Shown: positions 35,805 to 47,352 of the stretch, piece by piece | Layout: every line of letters begins with the position of its first letter | Position numbering within the stretch: position 1 is the first letter of the stretch | Origin: Octopus bimaculoides | Lineage: Eukaryota | Assembly (NCBI RefSeq): GCF_001194135.2 | Contig: NC_068982.1 | Coordinates: forward strand, 185,375,493-185,432,776 | DNA length: 57,284 bases | Direction: 5' to 3' | Notes under the pieces: generated by a model | The model's database searches: none | What the model was told of the DNA's origin: nothing | The model's input: only the letters and a program-made list of their open reading frames with translations | Made by a program: the position numbers and the translations under genes

Positions 35805-36010
35805 GTAAGATTTTTGGGATCTAGACAAAACATTAGCATAACAAGTTGTTCAAATCCCACCAAGATCAGGTTTGCTTTTCATCCCTCCGGGTTCCACAAA
35901 ATAAAATGTCTGTCAAGTACTGGAATCAATGTAACTGGCTAATTTCCCCCGCCTCAAATTTCAGGCCTTGTATCTATCTTAGAAATAATTATTATTGCTG
36001 TTGTTGCCCC

Positions 36011-36052
<42 letters not shown>

Positions 36053-37182
36053 CCAAGGCGGTGAACTGGCAGAATCGTTAGTATGCCAGGTGAAATGCTT
36101 AGTGGTATTTTGACTGCCTTTACATTCTGAGTTCAAATGCCACCGGGGTTGACTTTGCCTTTCATCCATTTGGAGTCGATAAATTAAGTACCAGTTACAT
36201 ACTGGGGTTGATGTAATCGACTTAATCCCTTCCCCCAAATTTGAGGCCTTGTGCTTCCACTAGAAAGGATCATTAACATCATCACCACCACCCCTATCAT
36301 CATCATCATTATTATTATTATCCAAGGCAGTGAGCTGGAAGCCAATCGTTAGCATGCTGGACAAAATACTTAGTGGTATTTCACCTGTTGCTATATTCTG
36401 AGTTCAAATTCCACTGAGATTGACTTAACCTTTCATCCTTTTGGGTTCGATAAAATAAGTACTGGCAAATGATATTGACTCATCCCTTCCCCCAAAGTTG
36501 CTGCACTTGTGGCAAAATTTGAAACCATTATTATTATTGTTATTTTGCTGAAAACTCTCAGCTTAATTTGCTAGGTATAATGGATAGAAAGTGTCATCTA
36601 CTCACTGTCAGCAGACTAAGGTGGGTGAGCTGATGGAATTGTTAGCAAGCTGGGCAAAATGTTTAGTGGCATTTCATCTGTTTTTGCATTCAGAGTTCAA
36701 ACACGGCTGCCGTTGAAGTTGACTTTACTTTTCATTCTTGTGGAGTCGATAAAATGAATACTAGTTGAGCACTGGGGTCAATGTAATCAACTAGCCCCTT
36801 CCCCTAAAATTGCTGGCCTTGTGCCTATAGCAGAAAAGATTATTATTAAGGCAGTGAGCTGGCAGAACTATTAGCATACTGGGAGAAATGGTTAGTGGCA
36901 TTTCATCTGTTCTGATTTCAAATTCTGCCAAGGTTGACTCTGTCCTTCATCCTTTTGGGGTTGATGAAATAAATCAGATGAATAATGAGGCTGATCTAAT
37001 TGACATACTCCTCCCCCAAAATTCCTGGCCTTGTGCCAAAATTTGAAATCATTATTATTATTATGAATTGTGTGGATTGGCAGAAAAGTTAGTGTCAGAA
37101 AAAATACCTTGTAGTATTTCTTTTGGCTTTTTATATTTTGAGTTCAAATTCTGTCAAGATCAAATTAGCCTTTCATTGTTTT
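35805..37182 (+). mobile_element. Head-to-tail cluster of six family-B SINEs (resembling Nin-domain SINEs)
   Basis: Copies start near 35805, 36056, 36325, 36619, 36849 and 37070; each carries gagttcaaat...gcctttcatcc..ggggt.gataaaataagtac, and they are separated by (ATT)n or (ATC)n. Confidence 0.85.
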
Positions 37183-39751
37183 CTCTCTTAATCCTTTTTT
37201 CCCCTTGTGGAGCATAGGGCCTCAACAGTTATTTTCCACTTTTTGCGGTCATTGGTGTGTTTCTTGGCTGCTTCCCATGTCAGGCCGGTGGTCCTGAGCT
37301 CGTCCAAAATGCTCCACTTCCATGTCTGCTTCGGGTGTCCTCGCTTCCTTTTCTCCTGCTGGTTCCAGTCAAGTGCTTGCCGTGTCACATTGAGGGTTCT
37401 TTCCGCAGTGTGTGTCCGATCCATCTCCATTTCCTTCATCTAATCTGAACATGTATGGGCTCCTGGTTGGCCCTTTCCCACAGGTTGGTGTTTGGCACTC
37501 TGTCAGACCACTTCAGATGGAGGATCTGCCTGAGACATTTGTTGATGAAGGTCTGGATCTTCTTGTAGTTGCTGCAGGTGGCTCTTTATGTTTCAGAGTC
37601 ATACAAAAGCACAGATTTTACGTTTGAACTAAATAAGCAGAGTTTAGTTTGAGTTGAGATGGTAGTGGACTTCCATACTGGCCAAAGAATAGCGAAGGCT
37701 TGCCAAGCCTTCTTGCTTCTTGCAGTGATGTCCTCGTCTGATCCACCTGATTTGCTGATCTTGCTGCCAAGACAAACAAACTCACTAACATCCTCCACAG
37801 GTGGCCCCTCAGTTGTGATTGGCCCTTCCTGCTTGTTGTTGATACGCAGCACTTTTGTCTTTTCCCAGCTGATCCTCAAGCCCACTCGCTGTGAAGTTTC
37901 TCTCAAGTAGTCTACCTTATCTTGCATGTCTTGCTGGCGATATGACAGTAGCGCAAGATCATCTGCGTCGTCCAAGTCCTCCAGCTTGTTCATCAGTGTC
38001 CACTGAATACCTTTCCCGGAGGTAGCGTAGGCCGTCCTGGTGACCTAGTCCAGCACGACGAGGAACAGGAGCAGTGACAACAAACAGCCCTGCCTGACTC
38101 CCGTGCTGACCCTGAATTCCTCCAGCAATCTCCCATCATGGATGACCTGGCAAGAAAATAATGCCCACGATCTTCTCTGGCACACCATAGTGTCGTAAGA
38201 TGTCCCAGATTGTCTGCCTGTCTACGCTGTCAAATGCTTTTTCAAAGTCGACGAAGCACACATAGTGTGGCGTTTGCCATTCCATTGTCTGCTCCACGAT
38301 GACTCCGAGCGTCACAATCTGGTCCGTGCATGATCTCTCCCTTCTGAAACCTGCCTGCTCATCTCTGAGTTGCTTCTCAATGGTATCTTTCGATCGCTCC
38401 GGGATGATTCTTGTAAGGACTTTGCTTGGAATGGAAAGCAAGGTAATTCCCCTCCTCTTTTCACATTGTGAAAAATCCCCACTCTTTGGCAGCTTCCCCA
38501 AAAGACCCTTCTTCCAGTCGGTTGGGATCTTCTCTGTTGTCTATACCAGGTTCAGCACATGGTGCATATGATCGATCATCTCTTCTCCTCCTGCCTTCAG
38601 TGCCTCTGCTGGTATGCTGTCCACTCCTGCCGCCTTTCCATTCTTTAAGCTCTTCACGGCTTTGTGGATTTCTGGCTTGGTGATTTCTCCAATCTGGATA
38701 ATGAGTGGGATCTCTGGCCCCGATTCTGGCGGATCTTGAGGTGGAGAGTGGTTAAGTGTTTCTCTGAAGTGTTCCTTCCATCTCATCAGTTGGTCCTCAA
38801 TGGAAGTTAGCCTTGTCCTTTACTGGTCTGACGGGGTTGCCTCTCCTTCCACTCAGTTACCTTATTGTTGCATATAGTGCCATCAAGTCTCCTTTCCTCG
38901 CTGCTGTTTCCGTTTCGTCGGCCACTTCATTGAAGTATGTTCTTCTGTCTCTCCTTAGTTTCTTCTTGACTTCTCTCACCACCTCACTATACTTACTGGC
39001 AACAGCCTGCTTCTGCTGATGGGTTCTGGCTTGGTTCAACTCCTGCTTCAGCATCTTCCTCTCCTTCACCTTCTGCCAAGTCTTGTCACTTATCCAAGGC
39101 TGCCTGTTCATTAGTCGTCTTCTCAGAGCCTCTTTGCACATTCCAACTGTAGCCTCCTTCAAATTTGTCCAGGATTGTTCCACAGTTGCCTCTGCCTCCT
39201 CTGTAGGGCTTCAAATCGATTGTGGAGAACCAACTGGAAAGCCTGTTTTGACTCTTCTTTTTTCAGTTTCTGAACATCAAATTTCAACCATGGGTTTGTC
39301 TGTCTTCTCCTTGTTGAAAGCTTCACCTTGAGTTTCACTATCATCAAGTGGTGGTCCGATCCAATATCTGCTCCTTGCTTGGCTCTCACATCTTGAAGTG
39401 AACTCCTCCAACATTGCCGGACTGTGATATGGTCGATCTGGTTTTCTGTCTACTGATCTGGTGATACCCAGGTGGCTTTATGGCAACATCTGTGTGGGAA
39501 GAGGGTGCCTCCAATAGTAAGTTCGTTGACTGCACAGAAATCAGCTAGGAGTTCCCCGTTTTCATTCAACACTCCAAGGCCATTTCTTCCCATCACTCTC
39601 TCTCTCTCTCTTCCACTATTGTCACTTCCAGCTTTGGCATTCATGTCTTCCATAAGAATCAACATGTCTCTTCTGGGAATTCTGTCTACCACAGTCTGTA
39701 ACTGGAAGAAGAAGAGGTCTTTTGTGTCTTCCTCTGCATTGTTTGTAGGTG
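37183..39751 (-). mobile_element. 5'-truncated RTE-clade LINE (APE endonuclease plus RT), frameshifted
   Basis: APE motifs (LILMEDMNAK, NENGELLADFC, TWVSPD, DIGSDHHL) and RT motifs (RGITLLS, QAGFR, FVDFEKAFDSV, GVRQGC, DADD); 9-bp flanking duplication CATTGTTTT at 37174-37182 and 39752-39760. Confidence 0.95.
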
Positions 39752-39975
39752 CATTGTTTTGATGTTAATAAAGTAAAGTACTGGGTACAATGCTTTCCAG
39801 TATTTCTTCCAGTTTCCTACATTCTGGGTTCAAATTCCCCTGATGTTCACTTTGCCTTTCAAATTGTCAAGGTCAATAACAGACAGAAAGATCAGCAATA
39901 GAAGACAAAATAGTGTCACTGGAAATATCACAAAGGTTAGAACAAAATAAATTGCCATGCCATGTTCACACTGTA

Positions 39976-40362
39976 TTGTTGTTGGCACTCCGTCGCTTAC
40001 GACGTCGAGGGTTTCAGTTGATCTGATCAACGGAATAGCCTGCTCGTGAAATTAACGTGCAAGTGGCTGAGCACTCCACAGACACGTGTACCCTTAACGT
40101 AGTTCTCGGGGATATTCAGCGTGACACAGTGTGACAAGGCATGACCCTTTGAATTACAGGCACAACAGAAACAGGAAGTAAGAGTGAGAGAAAGTTGTGG
40201 TGAAAGAGTACAACAGGGTTCGCCACCATCCCCTGCCAGAGCCTCGTGGAGCTTTAGGTGTTTTCGCTCAATAAACACTCACAACACCCAGTCTGGGAAT
40301 TGAAACCACGATCCTATGACCGCGAGTCCGCTGCCCTAACCACTGGGCCATTGCGCCTCCAC
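39976..40362 (-). mobile_element. Full-length tRNA-derived SINE (family D), apparently young
   Basis: Head GGCGCAATGGCCCAGTGGTTAGGGCAGCGG with a B-box-like GGTTTCAATTCC, and a (CAA)n tail; 9-bp duplication CACACTGTA at 39967-39975 and 40364-40372; many CpGs retained. Confidence 0.9.
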
Positions 40363-40914
40363 CCACACTGTAGCAGGAATAGGTTAAACATCATTGCTGC
40401 CAGATTCCTGGTAAAGCAATAATGAATGACACACATACACACAGCCGATTCTGTCCATTAGTTTGCCTGCAATCATTACTCTTGAGCTATATATGCAATT
40501 ATAATTTTTTTTTTTGCTGAGGAGCCCAAATGGAAGATAAAGTTAGACACAGTGGCCCAGGTCTGAGAGGGTTAACTCCAGCTATGAAGTCAATTTAATT
40601 CAATAAATATTCCCTTCCAATTTGTGGCTTTGTGCATAATAATAATAATGATAATTGTTTCAAACTTTGGTACAAGGTCATCACTTTTTGAGGATGGAGT
40701 TTAGTTGATTACATTGAGTCCCCAAGTATTTGACTGATATTTTATCTTATCGACATTGAAAGGCAAAGTTGATTTTAGCAGGATTTGAACTCAGAATGTG
40801 AAGAGTCTCAAGAAATGCCATTAAGCATTTTGTTTGACTTGTAAATAATCCAGCCAGCTTTTTGAAATATAATAATAATAAGAAGAAGAAGAAGTAGAAG
40901 AAGGAGAAGAAAAA

Positions 40915-41685
40915 GAACTGATTACATCAAGTTTCAAATAGATATGAGCAGTGAATCACCCCTTTGTAGGATGCGTGGCAGCAAAATTGAAACAATATCA
41001 CACGCTGTGAGTGAGTGTAGCAAATTGGCCCAAAGGAATATAAAAAGAGGAACGATAATGTGGCGAAGTTTGCTCACTGGAGATTGTGTAAGAAGTACTG
41101 TCTTGGAAGAACATGGAAATGGTATGAACATGAATCAGAAAGTGTCACTGAGAATAATGAATATAAGATCTTGTGAGATTTTACAATCCAATGTGACTTT
41201 CTAATAGATGCCCAATGACCAGACATTGTTGCAGTGAATAAAAGGGAAGAGGAAACTAAGATTACAGGTATTGCCATACCTGAGGATGAATGCGTAGGTA
41301 ACAAAAACCTGGAAATGGTGGGAAAATACAAGTTACTAAAAGGTGAAGTTGCAAGAATGTGGGCAATGAAAAGAGTATCGGTCATCATAGTTGTTGTGGG
41401 GACACTCGGAGTACTAACAACTAATTTTGAGAAATATGTTGAAGAAATTGGTATTGGCAAGAGGGTAGAGCATGCACAAAATTTGCTCTGTTGGGGATAG
41501 CGAAGATTTTGAGATTGACACTTGGGTGTTGAGTATCTTTCACAATACATCTAGGTACCAAGTCTTATAATTCGTGGAAAGAGACTTTAAGTGATTCTGT
41601 GAGACCTTTGACAACAGGTTGCTGTCTGCTCTCACAGAATTAACTGGAACAAGTAAGACAGAACTCTGAGAAGTAAAATATAATA
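40915..41685 (+). mobile_element. R4/Dong-like retrotransposon 3' fragment (CCHC knuckle plus PD-(D/E)xK RLE)
   Basis: CRMRGSKIETISHAVSECSKLAQ, KWYEHESESVTENNEYKIL, PDIVAVNKR..TKITGIAIP and VVVGTLG; (TAA)n on both sides. Confidence 0.85.
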
Positions 41686-42954
41686 GCAATAATAATATTC
41701 CTCTCTACTATAGGCACAAAACCTCAAATTTTGAGGTTGAGGGCTAGTCAATTACATTGACTCCAATGCTCAAGTGGTACTTATTTTATTGAACCCAAAA
41801 GGATGAAAGGCAAAGTTCATTTGGTTGGAATTTAAACTCAGAATGTAAATCTCAAAGTGGTTTGTCTGGAGTGCTAATGATTCTGCCAACTCACTGCTTT
41901 AATAATGATAATTAGTGTTAGTATTTGCATAGCAATACTGAATCTGTTGGCTCTGTTTGCTGAACATTGTCACATCCTATGTCTTCAACCATCCAGTATG
42001 TTTAACCGTACTAAGGAAACACACTTTCTGTCGTGTTAAAAAATTAATGGTTATTCTGATCACAGAAGATCATTTGGTGATATTTTCAAATGCTGTACCT
42101 AGTAACCTATTATAAAAGGATTAGTATTTAACTGTCTGTAGTTGCAAAACCTTTTTGGTTCCCAATTTAGGTCCTGGAATTTATCTAGCTATTCATTTTC
42201 TTTTCCTTTTATCCCAGTATCCAGTGGGTAGGTTATATCTATTTTCTTACAAGCTCTAGTATCTTTCTCTAAGTACAATGATATTCTGTATTGAATATCC
42301 CAATTCTTTATCTGGATTTTCATGTCCATGAAACATTTACCTGTTCATTTCAACAAGTTTCATGGTTCCACGGTCATACCACCTTCCCGGGTGTTCTAGA
42401 TTGCATGTTTTATGCAATTGCTAGTGTATAGTTAAGGCAATTTTGCCATATCTCAAAGTTTTGTACAGTCCCTGTGTCATTTCCTTCCTGATACATAGAT
42501 ATTAAGTGGATTAGAGCCTCTTCTATCACAAATTCATATAATGGTTGATATTTTCTCTGTATCTCTGTCTTTTGATTGCATGTGTTCTTATAATTTCCAT
42601 TTTCTTGGGAAGGATATCATAGCTGTTAATTCCATTCTTATGTCTTCACTAAATACTCTTACACTGTTTACCAATGTGTCATGTTGCCTTTCATTTCTAC
42701 CCAATAATTTCAAGCATCCATAATTAATAGCTGATTGATTTGCTCTGCTTTTCCAAATCCATATCTAGTTTTTGCCTTTTTGTTTTTTAATGTATGGCTT
42801 ACAGGAATAAGACTGATTTTATATTGTAAAGGGGATGCATTATTCTCTTGAAATATTTGTCTCTTTATTTTAATTTTACCAAGTTTCTCACTATAGTGTA
42901 GTCTTATTTAATTCCCTGTAAAACTCTATTTCTCTTTAGTCTCTCTTCAATTTG

Positions 42955-43140
42955 CATCTTTTGTATTTCAATTTCCATGTCCTTACATTTACTTGCTTTG
43001 TTAAATTCCTTTACAGATATATTTTTATCAGTGGGAATATTCATATCTATTAGTCTATTTTCTGCCTCGTCTTTAATAATTATGTCTGGTCAGTTAGCCT
43101 GGATCATTCTGTTAGTGTTGATTGGAAAATCCCAGAAGAC
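42955..43140 (-). mobile_element. R4/Dong-like RLE fragment
   Basis: FWDFPINTNRMIQAN*PDIIIKD...LIDMNIPTDKNISVKEFNKASKCKDMEIEIQKM. Confidence 0.7.
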
Positions 43141-43162
43141 ATCACCATCATCATCATCATAA

Positions 43163-43625
43163 AGATAGTGAACTGGCAGAATCATTAGCATGCTGGACAA
43201 AATGCTTAGTGGTATTTTGTCTATCTTTACATTCTGAGTTCAAATTCCACTGAGGTTAACTTTGCTTTTCATCATTTTGGGAATGATAAAATAAGTACCA
43301 GTTAATAATTGGGGCTGATGTAATCATCTATCCTCACCTCGTAAATTTCAGGCCTTGTACCTATAGTAGAAAGGATTATCAGTATTATTTTTCTTCTCTT
43401 TTAATACTGAGGTAGCGAGCTTGCAGTCTTGTTACCATGCCTAAACAAAATGCCTTGAGGAATTTTTCCGACTCTTTATGTTCTGAGTTCGAATACCACT
43501 GAAGTCAACTTTGCTTTTCTTCCATTTGGCATTGATAAAATAAGTACTAGTTGAGCACCGAGGTCAATGTAATTGGCTTTCTACTCCTCTGAAAATTGCT
43601 GGCCTTGGGCTAAAATTAGGAAGAA
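43163..43625 (+). mobile_element. Two tandem family-B SINEs
   Basis: Copies at about 43163-43377 and 43409-43625. Other family-B copies lie at about 2030-2230(-), 15325-15505(+), 19365-19520(+), 22015-22180(+), 40650-40860(-) and 41700-41900(-). Confidence 0.8.
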
Positions 43626-43647
43626 TTATTATTATTATTATTATTAT

Positions 43648-44062
43648 TTCATTCATGCACAACAGATTAGACTGTTGGAAAAGAAAAATTCCTCACATTG
43701 GGCTACAACAAGTAACCTTAGATGCCAAGAACTTTCACAAGTATCCTAGCTGTCCCTAATAATAATGTTTTTTGCAGGTGTACTAAACTAGGTTTTATGC
43801 CTATTTCCTCTGTTCATCTGTTCAAATCTTTAGGAATAGTTCCTAATGCCCCTATTGCTACAGGGATACATTTTACCTTCACTTTCCATAGTTTCTGTAA
43901 CTCAATGGCTAGGGCCAGGTACTTTCTTATTTTCTCCATACCTCTCATTTTGACTTTTTCATCATTTGGGATTGTAAAGTTAATTACCTGGCACTTTCTA
44001 TTCTCTTTGTCCACTACTACTACTACTACCGCCACCCCACCGCCGCCGCCACCACCACCACC

Positions 44063-44096
<34 letters not shown>

Positions 44097-44097
44097 T

Positions 44098-44148
<51 letters not shown>

Positions 44149-44510
44149 TAAATCAGGCCTTCTAGCTTCTACTGCTCTGTTTGTTTGAATGTCAAGATCC
44201 CACAACATTTTATATATCTTATATTCCAGCACTTTACTAGGTTCATGTTCATACCACATATCAATCAGTATGGTCAAATCCTAGCTTTCTACAAAACTCC
44301 CAGTGGATTATTCTTCCTGTGTTGCCATGCCTTCTTGTATTCTTTTTGTGCCAGCATACTGCATTCACTAACTATATGAGTAACACTCTCTTTTAATTTA
44401 CATAATCTACATTGGGAATCTATCTGATCTTTTGTCTATCTTAGCTTTTATCCTCTTAGTCCTCAATGCCTGATCTTGTGTTGCTATTAACAAATTTTCT
44501 GTTTCCCTTT
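43648..44510 (-). mobile_element. R4/Dong-like retrotransposon 3' fragment with an internal microsatellite
   Basis: ETENLLIATQDQALRT, CRLCKLKESVTHIVSECSMLAQKEYKK, WYEHEP, LWDLDIQTNRAVEARRPDL-(V)n-DKENRKC and IGALGTIPK; (TAA)n tail. Confidence 0.9.
44012..44150 (+). repeat. Compound (TAC)n/(CAC)n microsatellite
   Basis: Seen directly; it accounts for the poly-L/P and poly-V ORFs. Confidence 0.95.
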
Positions 44511-44942
44511 TATCATCATCGTTATTATTATCATTATTATTTGGTGGTGGATTGGCAGTATCATTAGTATCAGTTTGTTGTGTTGTAGTGTTACCTGTCC
44601 CGTTTTACTTTGGCTTAGTATTTTACTATCTTGCTCAGCTAAAATTATCATTTTTTTAAAAACTTCTCTTTGTACATTCTAAAATTCTTTTTAGTTATTT
44701 GTGAGTGAATCCTGGATTACTCTTTTACTAGTCAATTCTGTGATATTGCGTGAAGTGTTTTGCTTGGCAATAAAGAATGTTTTTATAATATTCATGTATT
44801 TAGGTCAGATTAATTTCTGTCTAACTCATTATTGCAAAGAAAAAATTAATAATAATTTAACTATTTATGTATTTGTTCTAAAACAAAATATTTCTGTTAA
44901 AAATATACATTCTCTCTCCAATTTTGTTCTTCTTTAACATAG

Positions 44943-45238
44943 GAAAAAAGCGTTAGCTTCAAAAAATTTCTCACAAGGATTGGAAAGTGATGTTTACGAT
45001 GATGATGATGTATCCTTTCACCACCCTACAGACATGATTCGGAAATCACTTACTAATTCTATATTCTCAGTACCTATTAAAATGTATAAGATCCACAAGG
45101 CTTTGAGACATAAAGCTCAGCAAAGGGGAGAAGCTCCCCCAGAAGAGACTGAGAAGAAAGTTGTTAAACGTGAAAAACCCAGACCACCCAGTATACCAGA
45201 TTATGAACCAAAAAAAGTACCAGGATATTTAGTTAGTG
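44943..45238 (+). CDS. Host gene exon 12 (phase 2 to 1): (W)KKALASKNFSQGLESDVYDDDDV...PPSIPDYEPKKVPGYLVS
   Basis: Acceptor ttgttcttctttaacatag, donor gtaagg; 296 bp, in frame with ORF 44980-45276. Confidence 0.9.
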
Positions 45239-45986
45239 GTAAGGAATTATTTACTAACCATTTAAATAATTACTAAAGGGAGATTAGTTAATGGTTAATC
45301 ATATTGACTACTTACTATTGCAATAATTTCATTGTGTTTCTGGGCAGAATGTCTTATTCTTCATCTAACTTTAGGGAGAAATAAATACTAGATCTGTAGA
45401 ATATTACCTGCTATAGAGAGATGCTTAGCCAGGAAAACATATCATCTGCTTTCATGTCATCAAACTGGAATAATTCATCAGATGTTATAATGCTTATGTG
45501 AAGCATTTTTTAGATCATAGCTTCATGTCGAGTCATCAGCAATATACTGTCCTGTTCACTTAGCTATAAATAAACACCCATGGATATAGTTCACTGCCTT
45601 AAGCAGTGACAGTACTGTGAAGTTTATGTATTTGCTTAGTTATCTGAGACAGACTGATGTCCTATTCAGTGGGAATTTTGTCCCATTTGTTTAATGTTTC
45701 AGAAACTGGAATGAAGCATTTAACCAGTCGTCAGTAATGACAACTGTTTGCCACAGGAAGTTCTATACTCTATTATTACAATTTGGTTTATGGAATTAAT
45801 AATTTTAAATGTTTCATAAAGAAAAGACACTTTCAGATAATTAAAGGATAAAGTTCTTTCAGAATCATGTTTTGATGCTTATCTCAGCAGCTGTGCATCT
45901 TTGATTAGCTGTGTATTTTTGATTATTAACCTCTTATGTAGACCAAACATTTTGAATCCTCGTGGACTAATAATAACATTTATAAG

Positions 45987-46208
45987 GTCAAAAGTTCTTT
46001 ATGCTCCTCCCTGCCCCAATTGATATAATTACAAGCATAACATCCCTTCATCATATGAGTTATTCAAATTTTACATGGAATTCAACAGATGCTTTCAAGA
46101 AACCGGATAAATCACGTGAAAAATTCTTTAAGAGGTCTTTCCTATCAAGCCGTGCTGCACCAACACCTACACAACGACTTGTTGCTCATTTAGATGAGCC
46201 ATCAAAAA
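45987..46208 (+). CDS. Host gene exon 13 (phase 1 to 1): (G)QKFFMLLPAPIDIITSITS...QRLVAHLDEPSK
   Basis: Donor gtaagt is strong and ORF 46001-46216 is open. The acceptor (aacatttataag) is weak, but it is the only nearby AG that keeps the frame open, so the 5' boundary is uncertain. Confidence 0.65.
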
Positions 46209-46340
46209 GTAAGTAAATGACATTCTAAAGGAAAGATGGCTGAAGTGTTATATGAAATGTCAATAATTTTTTAATTATCAAAGAATTGTGAGTGGATTTG
46301 GTTGGCAGAAACTGATACAAATACATTATATATATATATG

Positions 46341-46503
46341 TGGGTGCAGGAGTGGGTGTGTGGTAAGGAACTTGCTTACCAACCACATGGTTCCAGGTTC
46401 AGTCCCATTGCATGGCACCTTGGGCAAGTGTCTTCTACTATAGCCTAGGGCCAACCAAAGGCTTGTGGGTGGATTTGGTAGACAGAAACTGAAAGAAGCC
46501 TGT

Positions 46504-46542
<39 letters not shown>

Positions 46543-47078
46543 NNNNNNNNNNNNNNNNNNNNNNNNNNNNNNNNNNNNNNNNNNNNNNNNNNNNNNNNNN
46601 NNNNNNNNNNNNNNNNNNNNNNNNNNNNNNNNNNNNNNNNNNNNNNNNNNNNNNNNNNNNNNNNNNNNNNNNNNNNNNNNNNNNNNNNNNNNNNNNNNNN
46701 NNNNNNNNNNNNNNNNNNNNNNNNNNNNNNNNNNNNNNNNNNNNNNNNNNNNNNNNNNNNNNNNNNNNNNNNNNNNNNNNNNNNNNNNNNNNNNNNNNNN
46801 NNNNNNNNNNNNNNNNNNNNNNNNNNNNNNNNNNNNNNNNNNNNNNNNNNNNNNNNNNNNNNNNNNNNNNNNNNNNNNNNNNNNNNNNNNNNNNNNNNNN
46901 NNNNNNNNNNNNNNNNNNNNNNNNNNNNNNNNNNNNNNNNNNNNNNNNNNNNNNNNNNNNNNNNNNNNNNNNNNNNNNNNNNNNNNNNNNNNNNNNNNNN
47001 NNNNNNNNNNNNNNTACATAGGTAATAAACTTTAATATATATGGATTTAGCGTCAAAACTCTTATTTAAATTTTTGAG

Positions 47079-47116
<38 letters not shown>

Positions 47117-47309
47117 ATATGTTTGTGTGTCTGTGTTTGTCCCCCACCACCATCACTTGACAACCGATGTTGGTATGTTTATGTCCCTGTAACTTAGTGG
47201 TTCAGCAAAAGAGACCAATATAATAAGTACTAGGCTTACAAAGAATAAGTCCTGAGGTTGATTTCTTTGATTAAAAGATGGTGGTCCAGCATGGCTGCAG
47301 TCAAATGAC

Positions 47310-47310
<1 letters not shown>
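46341..47310 (+). mobile_element. Family-A SINE whose internal (TA)n/(TG)n tract spans an assembly gap
   Basis: 5' half at 46341-46510 and 3' half at 47103-47310; these could also be two separate copies. Confidence 0.65.

Positions 47311-47352
<42 letters not shown>

Noticed and set aside
35120-35863. Minus-strand hydrophobic ORFs that look like membrane proteins
   Set aside because: They are the antisense shadow of the purine-rich exon 11.
35805-37182. CRISPR-like or satellite array
   Set aside because: The units are about 210-bp diverged SINEs separated by microsatellites, not identical short repeats with unique spacers.
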